Positions 45,641 through 55,026 of a DNA stretch of 64,000 nt are shown here, piece after piece. The stretch comes from Bdellovibrionota bacterium FG-1 (lineage in GTDB: Bacteria; Bdellovibrionota; UBA1018). The notes under the pieces were generated by a model, which searched no databases, had not been told where the DNA came from, and worked only from the letters and a program-made list of their open reading frames with translations. The position numbers and the translations under genes are program-made. How positions within the stretch are numbered: the first letter of the stretch is position 1; each line of letters opens with the position of its first letter. The stretch spans positions 1-64,000 of the forward strand of contig JBBCAW010000038.1 in the NCBI GenBank assembly GCA_051382295.1, read 5' to 3'.

Positions 45641-47687
45641 AGTACTGAGTCACTGAGTCATTGGCGTGATCCAGTTCGTTTTCCGTTCCGACGAGTTGGG
45701 TTGTGAGCGCGTAAATTCCCAAGGTGAGCGGAATTTCTACGTCGCTCCAAAAAAAATCATAGACCTCTCCCGAGGCGAGTGCGGGTACAGGTTGGGCCAG
45801 CCCAACGTTTTGATTGACAGAATCTATCGCGTAATTGACTCCGTTTTGATTGATAACAAGCTCAACTCGGGGGCCCGAAGACGCGGTTCCGGCGGGTGAA
45901 CTTGATTGTCCGATGTTACGCACTCGAGCATGGATAGCAGACTTGACAGTTCCATTAGGCTCGATACGCTGTGGAATCCAAGAGACCTCTTCTGAAAGAA
46001 CCCCCAGATCGGGCTGTGCAGTGTGGATTCTGTTTCCAAAACTGATCTTATTTAAGGTCACGGGCGACATCGCACGAATAGAATCGGCGATCACTCGCCA
46101 GTCTTCGACTCCCGTATCGATCATATGGTCTAAAGGAACGGCGCCAGGCAGAATTGAGTTCATGAATTCTACAGCTTGAACAATCCCGCCCGGAGCGGCT
46201 AACTGATAAACTCGATCGTTTTGGAGGTCTTGGCCGCCAATTTTGATACTTCGAATAGAAAGCCCCTCTGCTCGATCTTCGGGCAGAGTCAATCCGAATA
46301 GCTCAGGGGATACTGACGCGAGATCAGGTGCCGAAGATTTATTAAAAAGCGGGTTAAATACGATTTCCGCTCCTGAAAAACTCAATCCCCCTTCGGAGAA
46401 GGCCTTCGAGGAATAAAGCAGGTTGAGAATCCAATTTAAAGCGCGTCCAGAAATAGGAACAATATGGAGCGTCCAGGCTTTTTGGGTGCTTAAATTATAG
46501 ACTTGAGGATTACCGTTGAATACATCCACAGAACGTACCGCTCCGCGATGGATTTCGTTGGCAATGAAATTGGTGTGGTCAATGGACAAGTCCGCACGGG
46601 TGGCTTGCCGATAGGCATCGGTCGAAAAATCGCCCATGAGGTGTTCCAGGCCATTCCGGCTCAGCTCAATTTCGCTATCGCCCACGTGATCATGGAAAAT
46701 GGGGCCGTGGTTGGTTTCAATCAGGGCCTCAAGGGTTGTGATTCTCTCTAAAACATCAGGGTTTTCTTTGATGGAAGCGTCCATTTGTAAAAGCCTCCCT
46801 TGAACGAGTTCGACCTGAGGGGGGCTATCGGGGCGAGTTAAATCTCGGGGCGTGATGCGAAGATCCACCCGTCCTAGGTACCGACCCCAACTTCCCGCTT
46901 CTACAATCCAAGCAGCGGGATGACCTGGCCGAGTCACCACAATGGGCTGGTTGAGTTTCGCATGATCATGACCTCCTATGACTAGGTCTACGTCTGGCGC
47001 GGCAAGGAGGATGGCGCGATTTGTTTTGATACGATTATGGGAAATTACGATTACCGCATCGACTTGTTTTTTGAGGGCCTTGGCGAGATCTCGGGTGACT
47101 CCAAAGGGCTCTACTATTTTGATGGGTTTAAAGTAATGATCATAGATGAATTCGTAAGTGATCACACCGATAAACGCGATCTTGACGCCTCCGATATTTT
47201 TAATGACGTAAGGGGGGATTCGGCGTCGAAATTCGGTCTCTCGATCAAAGTGAGTAGTTTGGATGTTCGCGGCTAACAAAGAAAGGGATGGGTTGGCTTG
47301 CTGGACAAGATCTAACAAGGTATCGGGGCCATTAAGCCAGTCATGATTGCCGACGACTGCGGCATCATAGCCCATGAAATCCATCATTCGAAGGGTTTCG
47401 CGGCCGGCCCCTTCCATATAATAAACATTTCCTTCGGACCAATCTCCTCCATCGATGAGAAGAGAATGATCAACTGAGGTGCGGATTTGGTCGATCGCTG
47501 TCTTGAGGCGAGCGACGCCGCCCAGGCCCAGGGGGGTGTTTTCGCCTCGAAAATGAGAATGAATATCATTGGTGTGTAAAAGAGTAACGGACACTGGCTC
47601 TGCTTGAGCCTGAGCAGGCGAAGTCATTAGTCCGTTCAAAATAACAAACGATAGGATGGAATGAAAACAAAGGACTTTGAGCAGCAT
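45591..47687 (-). CDS. Secreted 5'-nucleotidase/UshA-like metallophosphoesterase with C-terminal CARDB-like domain
   Basis: LLHTNDIHSH, DGGD, GNHD, SH and GGHDH; C-terminal PDL...V.NIG...E....ND; start at MLLKVL after GGGGGA. Confidence 0.85.
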   Translation of the reverse strand: MLLKVLCFHSILSFVILNGLMTSPAQAQAEPVSVTLLHTNDIHSHFRGENTPLGLGGVARLKTAIDQIRTSVDHSLLIDGGDWSEGNVYYMEGAGRETLRMMDFMGYDAAVVGNHDWLNGPDTLLDLVQQANPSLSLLAANIQTTHFDRETEFRRRIPPYVIKNIGGVKIAFIGVITYEFIYDHYFKPIKIVEPFGVTRDLAKALKKQVDAVIVISHNRIKTNRAILLAAPDVDLVIGGHDHAKLNQPIVVTRPGHPAAWIVEAGSWGRYLGRVDLRITPRDLTRPDSPPQVELVQGRLLQMDASIKENPDVLERITTLEALIETNHGPIFHDHVGDSEIELSRNGLEHLMGDFSTDAYRQATRADLSIDHTNFIANEIHRGAVRSVDVFNGNPQVYNLSTQKAWTLHIVPISGRALNWILNLLYSSKAFSEGGLSFSGAEIVFNPLFNKSSAPDLASVSPELFGLTLPEDRAEGLSIRSIKIGGQDLQNDRVYQLAAPGGIVQAVEFMNSILPGAVPLDHMIDTGVEDWRVIADSIRAMSPVTLNKISFGNRIHTAQPDLGVLSEEVSWIPQRIEPNGTVKSAIHARVRNIGQSSSPAGTASSGPRVELVINQNGVNYAIDSVNQNVGLAQPVPALASGEVYDFFWSDVEIPLTLGIYALTTQLVGTENELDHANDSVTQYFTADELKKQLHPLPRQ

Positions 47688-47868
47688 GATTCCCCCCAAG
47701 GGACGATACCGGATAGTCGACTGTTCATTAGGACTTAGACCAAGCCGCGCCGAGCGCCAAGGGATTTCAATCAAAAGGTACGGCCTACCGCTGATGATGT
47801 TGACAGGATTTGACTAGTATTATATGAGGTTCACGTTCGAATTGGGTACGAATTTGCCAGGGAGTTCC

Positions 47869-48564
47869 ATGAGTTTAGAACGCCTACAAGAACGACTCGG
47901 CTACAGTTTTGGGGATCGCGCGATCTTCCTTCAGTCCTTAACGCATACGTCATATGGGCATGAATTTCTTCAAGAAAAGTCGATTGCGCTTCGTGATAAT
48001 GAGCGTCTTGAATTTTTGGGTGACGCTATTTTGGATGTCGTTATTTCGGATATCCTACTCGAATCTTTCCCCGCTGCAAACGAAGGCCAATTATCAAAAA
48101 TGCGCGCTGCGGTCGTTAACGAGAAAACCCTCGCCCAGGTGGCTAGGGGCGTTGCGTTACAAGACTCGCTGCGTTTGGGCAAGGGTGAGCTTCAGACCGG
48201 CGGGCACAATAAACCTTCGATTCTTTCAAGTGCGTTTGAGGCCTTAATTGCCGCCATCTATTTGGATGGAGGGTTCAATGCCGTTTACCCGGTGGTACGG
48301 CACTTGTTTGCCCCCTTGTTTATGGAAGATCGGGAACTACTCGCGTTCTATGATCACAAGACCCAGCTTCAAGAGGTCGTTCAAGCCCGATGGAAAGTAA
48401 CTCCGACTTATCATCTTTTAAGTGCTAATGGTCCTGATCACGCAAAGGTTTTTGAAGTTGAAGTCCGCATGAATGGCAAGGGACTCGCAGTGGCGGTAGG
48501 AAATTCCAAAAAAGAAGCGGAACAAAACGCCGCAAGAGCTGCGATCCCAGCAGTAGTAGGGTAA
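47869..48564 (+). CDS. rnc: Ribonuclease III
   Basis: NERLEFLGDAIL, FEALIAAIYLDGG and dsRBD (KTQLQE...SKKEAEQ.AA). Confidence 0.96.
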   Translation: MSLERLQERLGYSFGDRAIFLQSLTHTSYGHEFLQEKSIALRDNERLEFLGDAILDVVISDILLESFPAANEGQLSKMRAAVVNEKTLAQVARGVALQDSLRLGKGELQTGGHNKPSILSSAFEALIAAIYLDGGFNAVYPVVRHLFAPLFMEDRELLAFYDHKTQLQEVVQARWKVTPTYHLLSANGPDHAKVFEVEVRMNGKGLAVAVGNSKKEAEQNAARAAIPAVVG

Positions 48565-48568
48565 TACG

Positions 48569-49510
48569 GTGAATAAAGCTGGATTTGTTGCTATTATAGG
48601 ACGCCCCAATGCGGGAAAGTCGACGCTGCTGAATTCTATCTTGGGAGTCAAGGTCTCGATCGTGACCCCAAAGGCCCAGACGACGCGAGAACGGGTGCTG
48701 GGGATTTTGACCGATAAAAAGGGCCAAATCGTTTTTGTGGACACCCCAGGAATTCACACAGCCAAAGCCGGTGGTATCAATGAGTATATGGTCAACGAGG
48801 CCAAAGAGGCCCTCGATGGTCCTTCCGTAGTCTGGTATCTGGTTGATCCTACTTCGGGACTTGAGCATGAGGCTACGGTACTCAATCTTTTACAGGCGGC
48901 ACCTCGATGCCCGATTTTTCTCCTTTTCACGAAATGGGACCTAAAAGGACGAATCTACTCGTTGGAGCAGCTTGAAAAGCTCGAAGCTTTGCTCGGGGCG
49001 GAGATGATCAAACGGGCGATTCCGCCTGAGCAAACACTGAGGATCTCGGCTGAGAAAGAGAAGGAACTGGGACGATTGCTTGAGGCGACCTGGACTCGGA
49101 TTCCTCAGCATCCCCATTTTTTTCCAGATACGGAGCAGCTCTCGGATCGACCCACTCGTTTTTTTGTGGCTGAAAAGGTGCGGGAGCAGCTTTTTCGATG
49201 TTTGGGCGACGAACTTCCTTATTCTTGCGCGGTCGAAATCGAGCGTTTTGACGAAAAAGTCACCCCGCCCAGAATTGAAGCAGTGATCCATGTCGAGCGT
49301 GATTCCCAAAAGGGCATGGTGATTGGCAAGGGTGGACAGAAAATCAAAGAAATTGGAACGGCGGCCCGTCGTGAGGTAGAGGAGTTTTTAGGTCATCCTG
49401 TTTTTCTTGGCCTAAAGGTCAATGTTTTAAAGGACTGGACCAAGAATGCCAAGGAAATGAAACGAATGGGCTATCTATTGCCCAAACGTCCGGGCGGAGA
49501 CAAAAAATGA
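48569..49510 (+). CDS. era: GTPase Era
   Basis: GRPNAGKSTL, QTTR, DTPG, ELPYS and KH motif VIGKGG. Confidence 0.95.
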   Translation: MNKAGFVAIIGRPNAGKSTLLNSILGVKVSIVTPKAQTTRERVLGILTDKKGQIVFVDTPGIHTAKAGGINEYMVNEAKEALDGPSVVWYLVDPTSGLEHEATVLNLLQAAPRCPIFLLFTKWDLKGRIYSLEQLEKLEALLGAEMIKRAIPPEQTLRISAEKEKELGRLLEATWTRIPQHPHFFPDTEQLSDRPTRFFVAEKVREQLFRCLGDELPYSCAVEIERFDEKVTPPRIEAVIHVERDSQKGMVIGKGGQKIKEIGTAARREVEEFLGHPVFLGLKVNVLKDWTKNAKEMKRMGYLLPKRPGGDKK

Positions 49511-51012
49511 CGGCCCCAAAACCCGTACGTGTCGTGATTGTGGGGCGCCCTAATGTGGGCAAAAGTACGCTTTTTAACCGCCTTGTGGGACGTCGCCGCG
49601 CTCTTGTTCACGATCTCCCAGGGGTCACTCGCGATCGCCTCGAGGTTCAAGCCACTTGGTGGGTACGCGCCAGATCTATGGAAGTACTGGTGGTCGACAC
49701 CGGCGGCGTGGGTGGTGATCGTTTTGCCGAGGAAATCGAAAAACAGGTCAAAATAGCCCTTTCTGAGGCTGATTGCGTGTTGATGACTTTTGACGGTGCG
49801 GCAGGGTTAACTCCCGCTGATGAACAATTGGTGCGTGAATTGATTCAGTCTGGCCTTTTAACTCGTGTACCCGTTATTGGCATCGTGAATAAGGTGGACA
49901 TCGAAACTCACGAGGACCGTTTGGGTGAATTTTACGAGACGGGGCTGGATAACCTCATCACTATTTCCGCGGAGCACGGGCGCGGGATTGAGGATTTGCG
50001 AGCCGAAGTAGCCAAGGCTGTCAATTATCCTTTTTTGGATACGCCCCTTCTGAGCGAAGACGGAGAAGCCGAAGAAGACGAGAATCAAGAACTCAGTGAC
50101 GAATCAGACCCAGACGCTGAGGAATCCGAATTACCCGATTTGGGCGAACGTCGGGTGCCTCGGGTTGCAATTTTGGGTCGGCCAAATGTCGGCAAAAGCA
50201 CTTTGGTGAACTCGCTCCTGGGTAAAGAACGAATGATCACCAGTCCCATTGCCGGAACCACCATTGACTCGATCGATTCAGTGGTCCAGATGAATGGTAA
50301 GCCCTTTGTGGTCATCGATACCGCTGGAATTAGAAGAAAGAGTAAAACTGAAGCCGGTGTGGAAGTGCTTTCGGTCCTTCAAAGTCGCAAGGCGCTCGAG
50401 AGCGCGGATATCGCGATTTTGGTGATCGATGGTGAGTCGGGGATGACTGATCAAGACGAAAAAATCGGCGGTCTGATCGAAGAGGCGGGCGTCAGTGTGG
50501 TTTTGGCAGTGAATAAATGGGATACCCAACGCCAAAACAAGGACTTTACGAGAGACATCGCGGCAGAGGCGGTTCGAAAGGAAATGGGATTTTTGCAATA
50601 TGCTCCCATCGTTTTTATGAGCGCCAAAGAGTGCTGGGGGCTCGATGAATTGGGCAATTTAATGGATGACATTCTTCATCAACGGCGCCTGAAAATTCTC
50701 ACTCACGACCTGACTGAATGGGTTCGCCATGAAGCGACCATTCACAACCCACAGAATGCCAAATTCTTTCTGGCTCATCAATCCGGTCGGCATCCGCCGA
50801 CTTTTGTGGTTCATGTGAATGATCCAGAGCTGATTCACTTCAGTCTCAAGCGTCACCTCGTTAATTCGCTTCGCGCACGGTGGGGTTTCATGGGCAGCCC
50901 CGTCAGGCTTTTATTTGTCGAAGGTAAAAACCGTCGAAGCATGCCTAAACCCGGGTCGCCGAGGCCGATTGCCAAATCAACGCGACCTCAAAAGGGCTCA
51001 CCACGTAAATAA
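49507..51012 (+). CDS. der: Ribosome biogenesis GTPase Der (EngA)
   Basis: Two GRPNVGKS domains, DTGG/DTAG, NKVD/NKWD and an acidic linker. Confidence 0.96.
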   Translation: MTAPKPVRVVIVGRPNVGKSTLFNRLVGRRRALVHDLPGVTRDRLEVQATWWVRARSMEVLVVDTGGVGGDRFAEEIEKQVKIALSEADCVLMTFDGAAGLTPADEQLVRELIQSGLLTRVPVIGIVNKVDIETHEDRLGEFYETGLDNLITISAEHGRGIEDLRAEVAKAVNYPFLDTPLLSEDGEAEEDENQELSDESDPDAEESELPDLGERRVPRVAILGRPNVGKSTLVNSLLGKERMITSPIAGTTIDSIDSVVQMNGKPFVVIDTAGIRRKSKTEAGVEVLSVLQSRKALESADIAILVIDGESGMTDQDEKIGGLIEEAGVSVVLAVNKWDTQRQNKDFTRDIAAEAVRKEMGFLQYAPIVFMSAKECWGLDELGNLMDDILHQRRLKILTHDLTEWVRHEATIHNPQNAKFFLAHQSGRHPPTFVVHVNDPELIHFSLKRHLVNSLRARWGFMGSPVRLLFVEGKNRRSMPKPGSPRPIAKSTRPQKGSPRK

Positions 51013-51801
51013 GATACTGGCCTCGAGAGTGTAAAAGCCCCCTGTGAGATCGGGGACGTGATTCGTATCTTTGTAATAATCCGAGCCGTTATCACTGAAA
51101 TTAACGACGTGGTATTTGCCCTCGAATTCAAAATAACTTTTCTTGGGCTTGATTGCAAATTCGAGGCCGGCACCGAAAGTGAGGCCGATGGCTGTCATTG
51201 AGGGCTGATTGGTCGCGGCAGTGACATAGGACGATTCCGTTTTCGTGTAGGAACCAAAGCCGAGTAGAACATAGGGATTAGCGAAGCTAATCGGCGCCGA
51301 GAGGTTTTTGGTATCAAAGTAATATTTTACATCAGCCCCGATATGAAACAGGTTGACGTCCACATGCCCGCCGTGGTCCGGGGCTGTGTTAAAGTTATGG
51401 GCGGCGTAATAGCCACCGAGATCAATCGCAAAATTGAAATCAAACCAATAATGGAGTCTGAAATCGACCAGGGGGATCCCCCCTTGCCAAAGAGCCCCGC
51501 GATTTCCGGTGACTCCCTCAAATCCCAAACCCAGGCTCACTCCAAAAAATCGACCATAGGCAAAGTACTTGGCGTCTTCTTCTTCGTCTTTGTCCTCATT
51601 GAATTCACCGTATTCAGTGAAAGGCGTGGTACTAAAATCATCTTCCTCAGGAAGTCCGGCTTTTCCTGAACTCGCATTCCCATTTGGGCTTGCGGAGGTG
51701 GGTTCAGCCGCCATGGCATCAGTCGCGAGTGGCCCCCACGTAAGTGACGCGGCACCTAATAATAAGAGTGACCACTTAGAAATAAAAATGGATCCCGGCA
51801 T
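50998..51801 (-). CDS. Outer-membrane beta-barrel protein
   Basis: Signal peptide, acidic N-terminal segment, strands (GADVKYYF, FGAGLEF, EFEGKYH) and C-terminal LFTW. Confidence 0.7.
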   Translation of the reverse strand: MPGSIFISKWSLLLLGAASLTWGPLATDAMAAEPTSASPNGNASSGKAGLPEEDDFSTTPFTEYGEFNEDKDEEEDAKYFAYGRFFGVSLGLGFEGVTGNRGALWQGGIPLVDFRLHYWFDFNFAIDLGGYYAAHNFNTAPDHGGHVDVNLFHIGADVKYYFDTKNLSAPISFANPYVLLGFGSYTKTESSYVTAATNQPSMTAIGLTFGAGLEFAIKPKKSYFEFEGKYHVVNFSDNGSDYYKDTNHVPDLTGGFYTLEASILFTW

Positions 51802-52276
51802 CGAGGAAGCTGACTCCCAGGGTTCTGAGCGTAAAACTCCCGCTCAAGTTATCAAACGACCCTCCGGTTTCGACCGCAAATCCCAGGCTTTCAATCCCGG
51901 GGATGAAAAATTCAGCGCCAAATCCGCCCATGAATTGGGCACCTGAATTAGAATTGGCGCTCAGCAGTGCGCCGCCTAACATAAAATAAAAATTGAGGTT
52001 CGTTTCTAAAAAGATATTCTTAAAAAACTTGACCCCAGTCACGGTATTGATCGGGCTTGTCGTGGCGATTCCAGCGACTAGCTCGCTCGCAATATCCCGT
52101 GTGAGGGCATATTTAATACTGATCCCCGGAACACGGGCGCCTAAACTGGAGTTGGCGAATTCAGCATTGTAACCCAACCCCAATCGCCCCTGAAGATCGC
52201 GCGCTAGGGCGTCTGATGAGGGGAGTAATGATAAGGTCAGCCAGAAGATTAAAAGAGCGCGGTGCATAAAGAACAT
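51776..52276 (-). CDS. Small outer-membrane beta-barrel protein
   Basis: Signal peptide (ALA|R), RLGLGY, GAEFF and C-terminal AGIHFYF. Confidence 0.7.
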   Translation of the reverse strand: MFFMHRALLIFWLTLSLLPSSDALARDLQGRLGLGYNAEFANSSLGARVPGISIKYALTRDIASELVAGIATTSPINTVTGVKFFKNIFLETNLNFYFMLGGALLSANSNSGAQFMGGFGAEFFIPGIESLGFAVETGGSFDNLSGSFTLRTLGVSFLDAGIHFYF

Positions 52277-52307
52277 GATTCTTTAAGCGTAAGGCCGACC
52301 TTTCTTT

Positions 52308-52336
52308 TTGACAACCCCCGAAGAGTCTTCTAAACG
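52308..52336 (+). promoter_or_regulatory. Candidate sigma-70 promoter for yfgM-bamB-like genes
   Basis: TTGACA-17 nt-TAAACG, then GAGGT RBS and ATG 52344. Confidence 0.4.
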
Positions 52337-52343
52337 TGAGGTT

Positions 52344-53150
52344 ATGGCTTCTACTCCAGAATCAAATGTTCACTTCAATCCTAGTGTACTTCGGAACCGG
52401 GATGATTTTTTTTCGGCCGTCTATCGTTTTTTTGACGGTCTGTCTCAACACAGGGCGGCAATGGCCGTTGTGATTGCCTTGGCAATCGCCGGAGGCGTTG
52501 GCGGCACAATGTTGATGAGTCGCCACGATGCTCAAAGCGAGGCGGGTAAAAATGCTCTTTTTATCGCTCAAAAAACCTTCGATGATGAAATGAAGTCGCT
52601 GGCGGGCGTTAAAAAGCCTGAGGCGACACCTGAGGCGACAAAAGGAACAAAAGACGTTGAGGCAACTGCTGCTGCCAAACGTCTCGAAGAGCAAGCTTAT
52701 ACCCCCCTGGACGTCGATGCTCGGTTTCCAGATGCTGTTCAGAAGTTCAAAATGGTAATAAGTCAATATTCTGGCACCCGCGCGGGATATGAAGCTCGGA
52801 TGAGTCTAGCAAGTGTTTATTTTGATCACGGTCGGGCGGCTCAAGCACTTCCATTATTAACGGAAGCAATTGACGCGGCGCCCAGCGGATTTGAGAAGGC
52901 CCTGGCACTTTCGGCCCTGGGTTATTCCCAAGAAAATTTAGGAAAATATGCCGAAGCTTTATTGGCCTTTGAAAAGGCTTTGAATATCGGTGAGGCAGGG
53001 ATTAAGGGCGATCTGTTACTGGCGATTGCCCGGTGCCATGAAGCACTCCATGATACGCCTAAAGCACGGAGCACCTATGACCGAATTCTCGCGGAACTTC
53101 CTAATACCGATGCCGCCAAAACTGCTGAAACCCTTAAGACTCAGCTGTAA
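52344..53150 (+). CDS. YfgM-like membrane-anchored TPR protein
   Basis: Single N-terminal TM, TPR helices; directly upstream of a BamB-like gene near der. Confidence 0.75.
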   Translation: MASTPESNVHFNPSVLRNRDDFFSAVYRFFDGLSQHRAAMAVVIALAIAGGVGGTMLMSRHDAQSEAGKNALFIAQKTFDDEMKSLAGVKKPEATPEATKGTKDVEATAAAKRLEEQAYTPLDVDARFPDAVQKFKMVISQYSGTRAGYEARMSLASVYFDHGRAAQALPLLTEAIDAAPSGFEKALALSALGYSQENLGKYAEALLAFEKALNIGEAGIKGDLLLAIARCHEALHDTPKARSTYDRILAELPNTDAAKTAETLKTQL

Positions 53151-53154
53151 GCCC

Positions 53155-54366
53155 TTGTTTAAACCTTTCCGTTTTTCTTATCTTTTCTTCCTTGGCCGCC
53201 TCCTTTTTGTCAGCGGACTGGCTATGGTCGCTGGCGTGGCTTGCACCGGGCGCAATATTCACTCAGACCTTAAAGATAACCCCCAGGTTTTAGTGCGCAA
53301 ATGGACGCTCCAAACTCATCCTGCTTTTGAAGCTGGAGACCGAGGAAGTGGCGAATACTCCAACCCTGTCCTCGTTGAAAACACCTTGGTTTTTGGAAGT
53401 CGGAGCGTCGGGTTAATCGCGCTTTACCCCAATCTCAATCAGCAGCGCTGGGTATTGCCCATCAAGGGCGGAGTGATCAGTGAGCTCACCATTGACAAAG
53501 GGGCCATTTATTTTGGTGGGGGCGATGGATTTTTATATTCGGTGAATCTCGAAAACGGCCGAGTCAATTGGCGTTACGACTTGCGCAACACCTTAGTATC
53601 GCGCCCCGTGGTGAGCGGTGGTCGAGTTTTTCTGACCACGACGGATGACACCATTTATTCATTCGATGCGGGCACTGGAAAATGGCTTTGGCATTATCGT
53701 CGCCGTTCTGCTCAAAGTTCGTCGATTTTAGGGGCTTCTTCGCCGCTGGTGGACGGAAACGAAGTCATCGCGGGCTTAAGTGATGGATTTTTGATTGCAC
53801 TGTCCCTCCAAGATGGTCAGCTCAAATGGGAACGCAAACTCCATACGGGATCTAAGTTTACGGACGTCGATGCCCACCCCGAACTTGAGAACGGACTCAT
53901 TTACATCCCTTCTTACGATGGCGCTCTCTATGCACTCAAACGTCAAGGCGGCGACATCGTCTGGCGTTTTGATGCTGGAGGCAGCAAGCGAGTTGTGCTC
54001 GAGGATACTCATTTGTATCTCCCTTCCAGTGACGGGACGATTTATTCCCTCCAGAAAAACAATGCCAAAATTCTGTGGAAATTTGAGCTCGACAAAGGGG
54101 TTCCAACTCAGCTTTTGGTGACCGATCGGTATGTGATCGTGGGGTCCAGTTTTCAATATCTTTATGTGATCGACAAAAATACCGGTAAGGGGATTTATCG
54201 CTTCAATGTGGGGTACGATTCCGGATTTTCAGGTTCACCCGCTTATGATGCCGTCAACGGGCGACTTTATTTTCTCTCTCAGGCCGGCAATCTTTATACC
54301 TTTCAACTTCGAAAGCCGCCTCGCAAGTCCTTTGCTCACGGACAAACTGATCCTTATCTGTTTTGA
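53155..54366 (+). CDS. bamB: PQQ-like beta-propeller lipoprotein (BamB-like)
   Basis: Lipobox-like AGVA|C; repeated DG.LY.....G...W propeller blades; start placed at TTG 53155. Confidence 0.7.
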   Translation: MFKPFRFSYLFFLGRLLFVSGLAMVAGVACTGRNIHSDLKDNPQVLVRKWTLQTHPAFEAGDRGSGEYSNPVLVENTLVFGSRSVGLIALYPNLNQQRWVLPIKGGVISELTIDKGAIYFGGGDGFLYSVNLENGRVNWRYDLRNTLVSRPVVSGGRVFLTTTDDTIYSFDAGTGKWLWHYRRRSAQSSSILGASSPLVDGNEVIAGLSDGFLIALSLQDGQLKWERKLHTGSKFTDVDAHPELENGLIYIPSYDGALYALKRQGGDIVWRFDAGGSKRVVLEDTHLYLPSSDGTIYSLQKNNAKILWKFELDKGVPTQLLVTDRYVIVGSSFQYLYVIDKNTGKGIYRFNVGYDSGFSGSPAYDAVNGRLYFLSQAGNLYTFQLRKPPRKSFAHGQTDPYLF

Positions 54367-54370
54367 GAAT

Positions 54371-54387
54371 TTGGCCCAGTAATTGCT
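54371..54387 (+). promoter_or_regulatory. Candidate sigma-54 promoter
   Basis: TTGGCCCAGTAATTGCT, close to TGGCAC-N5-TTGC; the implied start site is about 54398-54400, i.e. nearly leaderless. Confidence 0.5.
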
Positions 54388-54399
54388 TTTCCGCTGCGA

Positions 54400-55026
54400 A
54401 TGTTCAAGAATGACTCTGCTTTTAAAAGTACCGCATTTCTATTGGGAGTCCTACTTTTGGCTGTTCATCCGAATATCGGTCATGCCTTCGTTCCTTGGGC
54501 CACATCGGTTCATGAACTGATGATTGACCTCGCTTTTCCGAGTGAGTCGTTTTTGTGTCTTGCCCGAATGAAGCAGGGGAGCCGTGAGGTGGATGGACAT
54601 CAAGGTTCTTCCGAGGCCTATATGCACGCCATGCGCAGCAGCCCAGATCAAAGCGACGCACAGGCCTCAACGCTGAGCTGGGACTTTATCGATCAACATT
54701 TTGTCAATGCCCGTATTTTCGCACGGGCCTCAGAGGCGCAAAGTTGCCTCGAGAGGGGAATGGCACTCCATCCAGTCATGGATGCGACATCACCCGCTCA
54801 CCGAGGAAATCAGGTGTGGCAACCTTTTAAAAACCCGCTTGAACTTTTTAGGCATGGAGATTGGGTGAGTCGCCTGAATCGGTTTCTCCCCATACCGATC
54901 CCTAGTTCTGAAGAAGATTTTATTTACTTAGATGATCACCCCTGGCTATTAACCCAAACCGCCGAATTGATTCGTATCGTGGACGAAGTTGAAATGAGCC
55001 TGCCGGTTGAGGAGCCACTCCCATGA
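54400..55026 (+). CDS. Secreted Zn-dependent phospholipase C/P1-nuclease/Het-C-fold protein
   Basis: Signal peptide (GHA|F); W....H near the mature N-terminus, YMHAM and GMALHPVMDATSPAH. Confidence 0.55.
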   Translation: MFKNDSAFKSTAFLLGVLLLAVHPNIGHAFVPWATSVHELMIDLAFPSESFLCLARMKQGSREVDGHQGSSEAYMHAMRSSPDQSDAQASTLSWDFIDQHFVNARIFARASEAQSCLERGMALHPVMDATSPAHRGNQVWQPFKNPLELFRHGDWVSRLNRFLPIPIPSSEEDFIYLDDHPWLLTQTAELIRIVDEVEMSLPVEEPLP

